A stretch of DNA of 64,000 nt, taken from positions 40,550,001 to 40,614,000 of the forward strand of contig NC_045696.1 in assembly GCF_009834535.1 (NCBI RefSeq). Reading direction: 5' to 3'. Shown here piece after piece: positions 52,752 to 64,000 of the stretch. This DNA comes from Camelus ferus. Its lineage: Eukaryota. Made by a program: the position numbers and the translations under genes. Numbering within the stretch: the stretch's first letter is position 1; each line of letters begins with the position of its first letter. Below the pieces are notes generated by a model that made no database searches, was not told the origin of the DNA, and worked only from the letters and a program-made list of their open reading frames with translations.

Positions 52752-55700
52752 CTAGCATGGATGAGTGAATGAATAATCACATTGAGGGGGGTCACTGGAT
52801 TTAGATTATTCTAAAAAGCCACCTGTATACTCTTTGGGTGGGTCCTGTGCAAGTTTAATTATGTGGACCTAGTTCCTGACCTAAGTGTATGTAGCCTAGA
52901 GGGAAAGTGGGAAACTATAGATTAGGCATATAACTAGCAGCACACTAAGAGTACAGCCAAAAAAATAGGTAAAATGGTTAAATATAGATAATGCAGTCAG
53001 TGGGAAGCAGTAAGTGAATCAGTGTAAATATTATCAATGAGGAGGGACCTGGTCCTGACAGGAACAGAATAATATTGCAGAGACATAGTAAGTATTGACA
53101 AATATGCAAAACATGGGAGAAGATGTCATTCAAATAGGGCTTTTTTAAATAAATGTGATTCGGAATAGGAAGACAACCAGTCTTAGCTTTCCCAGAAGTT
53201 GAAATAAACTTGACCCAATGGAATTCCCTAGTCCTGTTCATTTGCCGAGTTGACTTAGATTCCAGGGATTTGCATGTGGAAAACTAATGCCACGGCAGGA
53301 TTACCAGACTGTAAATTCATCAAGAAGCCTGATGATATCATAAACCGTGAGAGGCCAATGTCCTCCAGCAGCATCAGAAACTTCCCAGTTTGATTTAGCA
53401 CTGGTAATCCATTTTATTCCTCTCCATTAGTTATTACAATAATAACAGATTGGCGACACAGCCCCATTTTCTGCCTTTAGTACTGTCTGCTGCTGGGCAC
53501 AGCTGCTCCCAGTCATTCTTTCCAGTGTAAATAATGGTTCATGTTTCCGTAGGCTGTCGCGAGATGTTTCTGTGCTTGTGAAATGAGCCCGTGTCACCAC
53601 CCTGTTGGGGAAGATTGAAGGTATGGGTGAAGCCAAGGAACTACCTAAGAAAGCCAGAGCTGAACCCCTCCCCAAGAGGTGCTTTTTACTCTGGAGAACA
53701 TTTAGATTGACTTCAGGTTAATGTTAATGATGTGAATTTTCTTGAGTGTGGAGCAGGAAAATTCTGTCACTTGCATCTGTCTGATGCAGGCCTGTTACTC
53801 TGGAACTTTTTCTTTCATGTTAGATGTAAATAACTCCTTTGTTTTGAGAGGGTATGTTACAAGGCATAAACACTTCAGCAAAGAGCATCTTTTGATCTTC
53901 ACGCCTTTGGCAATAAAAGCTGAGAGCCAGAAATAGGCCAAAGAATTTGGGACAGAAACCACTGAAAGCTTCCCTTTTATCTAGTCACAAAATTAGGTAG
54001 AACTGTAGGAATAATGGATGGAATAACAATTATTAAGAAAGTTGAAGGGCAAAATAAAGCCACCTGAATGATAGCTGAAGTTTGGATTTAGAAATCTGTT
54101 TTAGAACTCAGTGAATTGCTTAAGAATTTAGGAAAATTATGTAGACATCGCATAAAGGAAATAAATAAAGATGTTTTCTGTTTCTCTTTCTCTCTTTGAT
54201 CTCTGTAGGCATTAGTGGGTGTGTTAATAAATTTTAAATACTGATTTGAGATACCATTTTTAATAAGAGTTCAATAGGTAGACACTCATTTTTGTGTGTG
54301 TGCAAAATTATGTTTTAAAAACTGGTCTGTTTTAATACCTTAATTCTACAGATCCCATTACAATATGATTATTAATTCAGTCTCCTTCTAAATGTTAAAC
54401 CATGTATTCATAAAAACAGAAATCTAAAATATACAGATATGAATACATATGCAAATTCTTCCTTTTTATCTTATTTTGACATTTTAAATTGTATCACTGT
54501 ATCTTGGCAGACATCTAATGTCTACTTTATTATATGGAATTTATCAATATCTGCCCTTCAGGCCTTACAGAATTCATACTCTCATCCTGTACATAATAGA
54601 CTGAAAATCAAAACCCTACCATGGTAAGGGGAATAATGAACACACTACACACTTGATGACAGATAAATAGACTTGCACTTAAACCTATTTTTAAGGACAC
54701 ATCTTTCCCAGTTTCAGTAGCAGTGAGGATGGCAGATATTGGGGATGCAGGTATCCTGTCAGATGTTCAGTACTTCTTTTCCTAGGCCTGGTTTTGAGGT
54801 CTGGGGTGGAGGTAGGGGGCAGATTTGTTCAAAGTTTAGCTGTCCTTGACTGGTAGTGTATAACTGATAAATAACTTTTAAAAGATCCTGTGTAGTTTCT
54901 CATTTTATTTTGTCCCACAGTTTCTTATAATCTACAGTTCCAAATTTCTGCCTGAATTGCTCTGTGATAAAAGGAAATCTGAGACTATGTTCCGTATTCC
55001 TCCCAAGCTTTAAGGCCAACCAAGAAAGTTCTGTGAATATTTTTCAGAGACAGATTGGGGGGCTGTGCTCCATCTTAATGGCCTTTTAATTTCAAAGTTA
55101 AACTCAGTCCTTCTAATTGCTTGTAGGTATTGGACAATATGAATATTTCCATTGGATAATATGGAGAGGACAATTTATCATTGAAAGCCTTGTCGTTTTT
55201 ATCTTAGCTGAATCGAGTGCCAGTATATACAGTTTGTGCTTTCAAGCACAGGTTGATTTATTACGGTGTGGACCTGCAGTTTTTAGAGGGCTTCATTAAA
55301 CTGAATTTTTTGGTAACTTTAGTAAAGCCTCTTTTTTACCTTGTTGACTTTAAAGTCATCACAGTCAGGTCATACAGTTAGAAACAAGAATAAAAACCCA
55401 AATTTGGAGGAAAGAGCCTTACTTATGATATTCAATAAAAATTCATTCAATTTTATTCAACTAAGGGTCATAATTCAGCCCTCAGGAACCAAGATGAACT
55501 ACTAACTGCATGAAGTGAGCTTCAAGGAGATAATGAATATTTCAGTGTTCTCTTTCATACTTCCGAGTATGAGCTCTGGTGTCTGCCACGTGTGGGTGGA
55601 TTCAGCACCTCCACTTCCCAACTCTGTGAACGTGGGCATGTTGCTGGCCTTTTTTGCATTTGCAAAACCAGAAAATGGCAGCATGCTCACAGCCTTGTTA

Positions 55701-55929
55701 AGATGAGTTCATGAGATAAGAATAATGATCAGGAATTACAATTAATAATATTGAGTGTCTGCTAATGTTCCAAGAACTGTGCTGAACATCTTAGATGTTC
55801 TTGGTTAAATCAATGAAGCACTCTTCACACAACAGGCATTCAGCTTCTACCTACTTCAGCTCTTCCCCACCCCAAGTTTGCCATATTCCTTAGGTGAAAG
55901 GGATTTTGCTTATTTTTTCTTGTATTCTC

Positions 55930-56230
55930 CCATTCATTTGCACATCTATTCATCAGATACATAATGAACTCCATCTGGTTCCAGGAACTATTCTAAGTGC
56001 TGGAAATATAGCAGTGAATGACCAAGAGAGACAAACTCCTTACTGCCATACATTCTAGCACAGGAGACTAACAGTGGACAGACAAATAAAATGTTGTATG
56101 TCATGTAATAGTTCTATGAAAAAAATTAAGTGGGGTAAGCAGATAGAAAGTGACTGCCGTACCAGGAGACTTGGAGGAAGAAGAGAGTTCTGTTTTATAT
56201 AGTGTAACCTAGGGAAGGAGACATTTCATC
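55930..56230 (-). mobile_element. L2a 3' end
   Basis: cattcatt...ccaggaactattctaagtgctggaaatatagcagtgaa...acattctag. Confidence 0.7.
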
Positions 56231-56709
56231 AATCCTGAGTATCAAAGTCATTCCAAAAGTGACATTCTTACTAAGATGTGGAAGTCAAATACGCAGTGAA
56301 TTGTAGAAAGAAAGTTTCAGAAAATCAATAGCATACGTTATTGCGTATTTTCCTGGGCTAGCAAGCAAACAGTAATACAGTGTCTCTTTTAATAGGTATA
56401 GAGCACTTAGAAAATAGAGTATAGTAAGGCTGTATAAGTGTGTGCTGCTGTTATAGGGGAGTAAAAAGATACTATGACCTACATACACTACGCATTCCAG
56501 CTTGTGACTAAATAATAATTATACAGAAATTATGCGTATAGAATAGAATTGGATGGTAATGTGGTATTGTCTGTTTATTGGATGTTTTCAGTAAACATGC
56601 CATGCCCCAAACAAATATATAGACACCATGAACTTGAGAACAGTAATTTCTCAGGTAATCCAGATTATTCTTGTTGGATCTAGGCTTGACTGCAAGAACA
56701 GTCTCAGCC

Positions 56710-57440
56710 CAATGATTTTCTTTCAGCTCTTTAAGATATCACTTGATTGTCTTATGTCTTACATAGTTTGTGGCAAGAAGCTTGCTACAATTCTTATCTT
56801 TGTCTCCCCCTATATACTATCTTTTCTTCATCTCTTCTGGCTGCCTTCAAGATTTCTTCTTTATTTTTGATTTTCAGTGGTTTGAATATATGATTTTGTA
56901 GTTGTTATTTATTTATTTTATATTTGTTGTTTATTATCCTACTCAGAGTTCCCTAGGTTTATTGGACCTGTGGTTTAATGTCTTTAATTATTTTTGGAAA
57001 ATTTTTGACCATTTTCTTCTGTCTTGTTCTCTCCTGTTTAGAGATTTTCTCTGATTTCCCACCCTGCCCCCATCTTTCTCATGAGTACCTAGTAGAGAGT
57101 GAGTTTGAATGCCCCTGTGATTGCAGCTTCCAGGAGTCCTGTACTTTCACTCTAGGTTACAATTGTCCTTTAGCAATTTCTTAAATATTTAGCTGAATTC
57201 TTCCAAACTGTTTGTAGTGCCTAATGTCTCTTGCTCTGTGTTCTACCACAAGTGAGCCAGTCTACAAGTTCCAGATTTCCTTGGAGGAACCTGTCCCTTC
57301 TTGGATTTCAGGATGTTTACCCTGTGACCTAAGCTCTCTGTACTCAATTAATGTTTCTGTATTTTATTCTACTTTTTCTTCTTTTTAGGATGAGTGTGAC
57401 ACTCTCTCCAGCTTTCTATATGCTAGGTATAATCAGAATT
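56710..57440 (-). mobile_element. Old L1/HAL1 ORF1-region fragment
   Basis: ttttctttcagctctttaagatatcacttgattgtctt...ctggctgccttcaagatttcttctttatttttgattttcag...tttggaaaatttttgaccatt. Confidence 0.6.
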
Positions 57441-57446
57441 CTAGCC

Positions 57447-58345
57447 CAGTGGTTTTTAAATTGTTCTACAGATGTGCTTTAGGAGTTCTACGAACATGTG
57501 ATTCAAATTTTATTTTATAAACATTTTAACTGTCTAAAAATTGTCATAAAATAAATCACACTACAATGTCTTATATACCAGAGTTACATTGGAGAACTAC
57601 CAACTTAAATAACTATGTTGCTCTGTTAACTGTTTTTTTCAGACCTCATGAAATCTGCTGCCACTTCACACTGTCTTTGAACTTCTAGTACCCATGGCAT
57701 TGATTAAGAAGGGTGTGGCTCTGCATATCCCAATTCAGCCCTGTGCCTGTCTACACATGTAAAATTGCAAAAGCAGGGTTCAGTATTGCAAGCATATATA
57801 CATAGCAGTCAGTTAAATGCCAAGCAGTGTCAATGACACCTGTCTTCTCTGCACACCAGTTAGTTAGGCAGGAACAAGTGAATAAACCATATGCTGCATC
57901 ATGACTTTGTTATGGCACATATTGGTTTTTTCTTGATTTATTATAAGGAATGTAAGTAGTTTTAGAATATTTCTAATAATTCAAATATCTTGCTGTTCCT
58001 GTTTCAAGTCTTTGGATAGATTTCATTTGAAGACTTAAAAACAAAAAACCTTTTGAAACTACTTACCTGTGTAAATCAAAATTTTCTTGACACTGTGCAA
58101 CTAAAATGAAATACAGAAATAAGTATGCTGGAGGTTGAGGATAATTAAAGTATGTAACTGTCATCTCCCAAATCATACATTTTCATGTCAATATGTCCTT
58201 GTTGTGAACACTAATTAACCTAAAACTACATCATACATTTAAATGTAGGAGATATTTTCTTAAATTAAAACTGCTTTTATCTGTTTCTTCATTGGGGGTC
58301 CTCACAATATTTGGTTTTCAAGAAATAATTCCATTGCCAAAATAT
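57447..58345 (+). mobile_element. hAT-Charlie DNA transposon fossil with a decayed transposase C-terminus
   Basis: Begins cagtggtttttaaa. 58049-58126 translates PFETTYLCKSKFS*HCATKMKYRNKY, matching the Charlie/Buster hATC motif PFxTTYLCExxFS...KxKYRNxL, with an in-frame stop. Confidence 0.75.
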
Positions 58346-58404
58346 GCGTACCCCCATCGTAGCCCCCGAGATAAATTTAATTTTCACTGATTTGGTGGAA
58401 AAAA

Positions 58405-58650
58405 TAATAATATTGGCAAACACTTAAATAGAATTTACAGTGAGTCACATACTTTTATAAGCATTTTACATATATATTATTTAATTTAATCTTTGTATCA
58501 ACCCTATGAAGTCAGTACTGTTGTCATCCCTATTATCAGATGAGGGAAACGGACACATGGTATATGTGAGAGAACACAGCTAGGAAAAAGCAGGCCCAGG
58601 ATTCAGACTTAGGCAGGCTGGTTGCAGAGTGTGGGTTTCAAACCATTAGC
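58405..58650 (-). mobile_element. MIR SINE
   Basis: agcattttacatat...atttaatctttgtatcaaccctatgaagtcagtactgttgtcatccctattatcagatgagg. Confidence 0.8.
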
Positions 58651-60118
58651 TGTGAACTATACTGGTAAGCAGAATGTTAAAGAGGAAGTCTGAATTCAGT
58701 ATGAAATTTAATTTCATTTTCCTACACTCAATGTTATGTTTGTGTCTCTCTCTCTTTCTCTCTGTCTCTGTCTCTCAATTTCTCTCTTTTTTCTAGCTAT
58801 ATTTCCTTTTTTCCACTTGTATATTCAGTGGTAATTGTGTTAATTATCCTTCTGGATGCAGTAAGACCTAATAAGTTAATTTTTAAATTTTATTTTATGC
58901 TTTAGGGGTTGGAAAGTAAAGGCCAAATGACTGCAGCATAATAGTTGAAAGCAGCTGGGTTTTGGTCTGTTCTTTTTCCTTTTTTTCTGAGTAAATTTAA
59001 GATATTGTATGTATCAACAGAGTCTTATTCATTCCACTACCTCAACTTGCTACTGTGGATGTTTTCACTCCTTCTTCATTGAACATATTCTCACTGAACA
59101 TTCACTAGGTGCCAGAGGCATTGAGCGTCAAGGACTGGAAAATTAAGTAGCTTAAGACATGTTCCTTTACTTGTAGGCATATTTTGCCCAGGTCATGGGT
59201 CTTGGTGCTCACAGTTGAGGCATTGTGTGTGCTTATTAAGTGACAGTCAAAATCTTTGCAGTGGAAGAAAAGTCCCTAAGGAATATTATTTGATTTTAAT
59301 GGTTATAGTTTTGGGTTTGGGCTTTTTTTTAATGGAAAATACTTCTAGAAGGAAGAAATTAAGGAAAGTGCTTTTAAAAAAAAAGTCAAGTAGCATTTCA
59401 GAAAAACCAAGTCACTGAGAATCATATTAAATCAAACTGTGGATGACTGGGACTTGAAAGGACTTTAGAAATATGCCTATCAGTTTTATTTTTGCTAAAC
59501 ATGGTCGAATGGAAAGAAGGGGAAACCACACTGTATCTAATGCTGTCACATATTCTCTTTGTAGTTCAAAACATCTTCATTTTGAAAATCAACTGGTAGT
59601 TTATATTCAATATAAAACATCACAGAGTAGTCAAAAATGGACACTTTTGTAGAAAACTATATTTTGTGTAAAGCACATTTGAAATCTTAGGAAACTGGAT
59701 TTATAAGCTTGAAGTTCATATGGGTTAGATGATAATGTTAAAGATGAATATGTACTTAGAGAAACCAAATTTCTTTCAAAGACTGTCCCTTATTATTTGG
59801 TATATACAGCACAAGTTGAAGATACTCTACACATTTTTAAGAAACTTCATTCGTAATTTGACATTTTCTTTCCCCTGTAGAGAATACCTCTTTGTTGACC
59901 AACATTTTCTATAGGAAATTTTTGCTGAAATTTTTCTCCAAATAATGATAAAGAAACCTAGGTGTATTGTGAAACTTTGTTAAATTAATTTTTTTAAATT
60001 GAGTATTTTTATGATTGTGTGATTTGTTACCATAGAGTGGTTTAGGATTACTTGTGCTAAATACTAAAACCTGAGTTAGTTTTAGACAACAGCAGTTTAT
60101 ATAGGATCTATTATTTCT

Positions 60119-60207
60119 TTTTTTTTTTTTAAGTGGTGGTACTGGGGATTGTACCTAGGATCTCATGCATGCTAAGCATGCTCTCTACCACTGAGTTATA
60201 CCCTCTC
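60119..60207 (-). mobile_element. tRNA-Ala-derived SINE (vic-1 type), short form
   Basis: Minus strand GAGAGGGTATAACTCAGTGGTAGAGAGCATGCTTAGCATGCATGAGATCCTAGGTACAATCCCCAGTACCACCA plus A tail. 17-bp TSD tag(g/a)atctattatttct at 60102-60118 and 60208-60224. Confidence 0.9.
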
Positions 60208-62409
60208 TAGAATCTATTATTTCTGGTGGGCTTCTCCTAAAAGTCATTTTCTAATTAAATGTTTAGCTTAAGAACATAACAAAAGTTATCCTGATGAGTT
60301 CTCAGATGAGGTGGGACCAGCTGAAGTTGGCATGACAATGACAACCTGAGTCCAGGGTAGCCAGAGACTGGACCTCTTGATTTGAGATTAAATGTTTACC
60401 AGACGCTCCACATCAACCAACCCCAGTCAAGAAATGCCAAGAGAGAGTTAAATGTTGAGATTTGCCGCTATTTCTTGTCTTCTGGATAGAGAAAACAGCG
60501 TGAGCACTGGCATTCAGGGGTAAAGCAACCTAGTGTGAACTGTACAGTTTCATAATAAGGAACATAGGCTAGATGAGCAGGTAGGCAGTATAGCGTGAAA
60601 AGAAAGTATGCCACACAATGCAGCTGACCATCCCTAAGATAGTGGGAGGCCAGGGAAGAGGTTTAAACAAGGAAATAGTATTAATGGCTTCTTCACATTT
60701 TGGAAAGGTCATTCTAGCAGCTAAGTGGAGGATGATTTAGGACAATAAAGAATTAGATCCAGGGCAAGGGAAGCAAATTAAAGGTATATTCCAATGGTTC
60801 AGCATGATACGATGACAGTCTATAAGCAGTAGAAGTGGAGTCAGGAAGTAGATGGATTTAGTATGAGAGATGTCAAAAGAAGATAGTAAATATACCTGTA
60901 TGATTTGTTTTCAATGGGATTTTGCCCTTAAAAGAAATGAAATTCTTTGGTGTCTCCATGAAATACATTTCAATGATAACATGAAATAGTTGATTTTAGC
61001 ATAGAAATCCTAAAATTCACATCACAAATAGCATAATATTTTAACTAAGCTTATTTAACTTTCAGATTTTATCAGAAAAATAATAGAATGGAATCTTCTG
61101 ATTGGAGCATGACACTGCTGAGATCAGAACTGTTGGGTGGGGTTCTTTGTGAAACAGTTAACTTACTTTGTTTGATGGCCTTATCCTAGCTAGTCATTTA
61201 CAAATGTGGATGGAAGAAGAGAAATTCATTACCATCACTAGAAAATCAGTTTAAAGCACATAATATTCAAATATACATTATTAACATAAAAAATACCTTT
61301 AATTTGCAAGAAAAATAAAAATAAGCCAGAATTTCCTTGTGCAAATTATTATGTCAGCTGGACCTCTTTAAGATTAATATTCCATTTTGAAGCCTCTCAT
61401 AATTCCACCTACAGTCATCCTTTACATAAAATAAGAAATGGACTTTTCAAAAGAAAACATTTTTTCAAGCCCTACCTCTGGAAAATATTAGAAATAAATT
61501 CTTTATAGTAAAGCATTTACAATTTGTTTACTCAGAGTAGTATGTAAATATACAATATCCCCTTCAATAATTCCCTCTACTAACCAAATTTATCAGAATG
61601 GAAAGATTCTAATGATGTTATATCATGTTCTCTTTTCTAATAGGATAATTTCTGTGTGGGAACTAAAGTTCAAGATAATGAGCTAACATTAGAGTCAGTT
61701 GAGTTGTTCATAAGCAGAAATGGTTTGTTTTTTCTTTCCCTGTTTTTGTTTTTAAGCTCAGTCTCATGGGAAACAGGAGAAAATTCTTTCTTCATGAAAA
61801 TTCCACTTGAAGATGGTAATGTTTTAAAAAGGGAAAGATTAAGCCTGTCATTGGATGTGTTAAAACATCACCTATACACATCAATACAAAACTAATTAAT
61901 TAAAATATTATTGGCTTTTTAATTCTTGCAATTAATGTTAATGGAACAATGATGATTTCCATAGCACTACTGCTGTGGGGACATTAAGATGAATGAGACT
62001 TGGTCCCTCCTAGCCCTGAAAGAGGCCGTAGTTTAGTTGGAAGACAAATTCACCAATAGCTATAATATGAGGTTGAATTTGTCTAGTGCCTGAGAAAAAC
62101 AAACACAAAGTATTATAAAGGGTAAGGTAGTAAACTCATTTTTGGTTGAGGGAATCCGGAACATTATCCTGAAGAACTTGGCATTGGAAGTTGGACCTGA
62201 AAGGATGTGAAGGAAGTATTAAAGCAGTATTGGAGGAAACGGAATTCTGATCAAAGATTACTTACAAGTTGGAAAGCAGAGACTATGTCATAGAGGTGAT
62301 GAGAAGCTGACGTCAGACGAAGCAGTAAGGATAGCAAAGTGAGACTTACACTACTTTATAGCTGCCTTTGGAAGGCTTTGGAGTTTATTGGTCACTCAGA
62401 GCAAGTTTA

Positions 62410-62915
62410 GCTAAAAAGTTAGAGTCTAGGAGCTAGGGACAAATTGCCTGGGTTTGAGACTTGGGTCTGCTAAATCCTAGCTGTATGATTTTGGACAAGT
62501 TACTTAACCTCTCTGTGTCTCAGCTTGCTTATGCATGATATCTGAAACTCATGCATCAGATGTTTTGAAATTCAGAATTTTTTAAAAAGATTATATCATA
62601 TAGTATTAGATGTTAGATAATTTCCCCAAAAAGGTCTCAAGCAGTACCTCATAACCAGCATATTTGTATTTCCACAGCAGACTTATGGGAATTTATAAGT
62701 GGAGTAAAAATGATACATACCCTTATATGCATTCAGTTCAAATTTTATCTAAATAAATCTGTTACAGATTTACGAAGAATTGCTGGCTTTCATTGCTTTT
62801 TATATCTGAGAATTATGGATGAGGGATTGGGGATGTTGTAGTACTATTCTCATAAGATTGTTGTAAGACTCAAATGGAACAATATATTTGTAGTGTTCGC
62901 ACCCTGCCTGGCACT
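62410..62915 (+). mobile_element. MIR split by a MER46C/Tigger4-like DNA transposon (about 62535-62840)
   Basis: MIR 5' half (ttttggacaagttacttaacctctctgtgtctcag) and 3' half (ctcataagattgttgtaagactcaaatg...ctgcctggcac) flank an insert ending gaattatggatgagggattggggatgttgta. Confidence 0.6.
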
Positions 62916-63329
62916 GTTACTGTTTCTGCATTTTTAGTTACAAGTGGCATGAGAGAGTAAGTGACATTTCCAAGGTCTCTAGCTTCCAACATGTAGTTGA
63001 AAGCATTCAATACTGGTGAAGTAAGTACTATGCTTGCTGGACAGTTGTGACCCTTCCAACCAAATAAAGCATAATGAAGGTATGAGCTTTGCCAAAACAG
63101 TGAGAACACAAAGATACTGGGCTTGCTATGGAGATATAAGGGTGAGGGAGGAGACAGAGAGGACCCCAGGGTTGAGAACAAATGACCTCTTGCATTTGTG
63201 TGGGTACAGACTCCTCACACTGTCAAAGCATTGTCCCATGCTTTGCTTTGGTGAGCCTCACAAGCACCCTGTGCTGGTTTGTGGTACTTGTAGTTTTTGA
63301 CACCTGACCCTAGTCCTTTCACACCTCCG

Positions 63330-63750
63330 TACATTTAACCATGCTGCCTCTGCTGCCCCAACCCTAACTCTGCCTCTAGCCTCAAACTCCTACTTAATCC
63401 TCAGGACTAAGCTTGAAAGTTACCTCTTCAGTGAAGCCTTCCTTGAATGATTTAGGAAATGTCAAACCCTCCTTCCTCCATCCAGGCTTCTATGGCACCT
63501 GTATCTGTCACAGACTTTGGATGTTTCTTCAGTTCCTTGTGTGTGTGTTCTATCTCTCCAGCCATTCCCATTAGCATTCCCAGCACCCTCAATGATACAT
63601 AATTGGTATTTAATACAGATTTAATGAACATATGAATCCACACTTTACAAGTGAAAAAGTCAGAGTATTTCAATAACTTGTCCAATATTGTGCAATTTAG
63701 TGGTAATTGGGGTTTAAACTAGATTTGCCTGATTCTATAGTCCATGTTAT
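63330..63750. mobile_element. L2 tail (+) abutting a MIR (-)
   Basis: ctcctacttaatcctcaggactaagcttgaaagttacctcttcagtgaagccttcct (L2); aataacttgtccaatattgtgca...gggtttaaactagatttgcctgattcta (MIR). Confidence 0.6.
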
Positions 63751-64000
63751 TTTCTCATCTTCACCTAAAGGAGGAAAAATTGTGGACAGATATTTATTCA
63801 TACATGTACAGGTGTAAATATTGGTGAGAGTACATGAGGGGATGTACAAAGCCAAGTGTAATTTTTTTTGTATTGTACTTTTCTGACAAATACAATATGC
63901 TCTTTTAGTCATTTATAAATATACATAAATAGAAGTTTGTACTTTGTGATAGTTGTTAAATAGTCTTGTTTCTGTAAATCTAATATGATTATTAGTTTAA

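Noticed and set aside
53327..53355. C/D-box snoRNA starting at TGATGA
   Set aside because: There is no properly placed CTGA D box with a terminal stem at a plausible distance.
58049..58126. Domesticated hAT transposase (ZBED/SCAND3-like) exon
   Set aside because: It has an in-frame stop, only about 25 recognisable codons, and sits inside a decayed Charlie element.
1..64000. CRISPR arrays, operons, NUMT, processed pseudogene, CpG-island promoter or a novel multi-gene system
   Set aside because: None seen; the composition and repeat content are those of ordinary mammalian intronic DNA.

Overview
This is AT-rich, CpG-depleted placental-mammal genomic DNA. It is very probably camelid, judged from tRNA-Ala-derived vic-1-type SINEs and the absence of recognisable Alu, B1, Bov-tA/BovB or PRE-1 repeats. 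The only protein-coding sequence I can support is three consecutive minus-strand coding exons of FILIP1L: 13036-13278 (with ATG), 12118-12291 and 4594-4772. The last is absent from the ORF track. All three have GT-AG junctions and join in frame, encoding the N-terminal CortBP2-type coiled coil. The rest is intronic. In human this locus lies antisense inside CMSS1 intron 1 (recalled, not visible here). The introns hold ancient MIR, L2, CR1/L3, L1M, MaLR, hAT and Tigger fossils, a solo ERV1 LTR, and younger SINE and L1 insertions with clear target-site duplications. The remaining ORFs in the track look spurious. I found no convincing new biological system. The best leads are a ~150-nt imperfect hairpin at 53282-53432, a motif-dense candidate enhancer in intron 2, and a single-arm candidate orthologue of the human miR-3921 hairpin. 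Old-repeat boundaries and family names are by-eye estimates.
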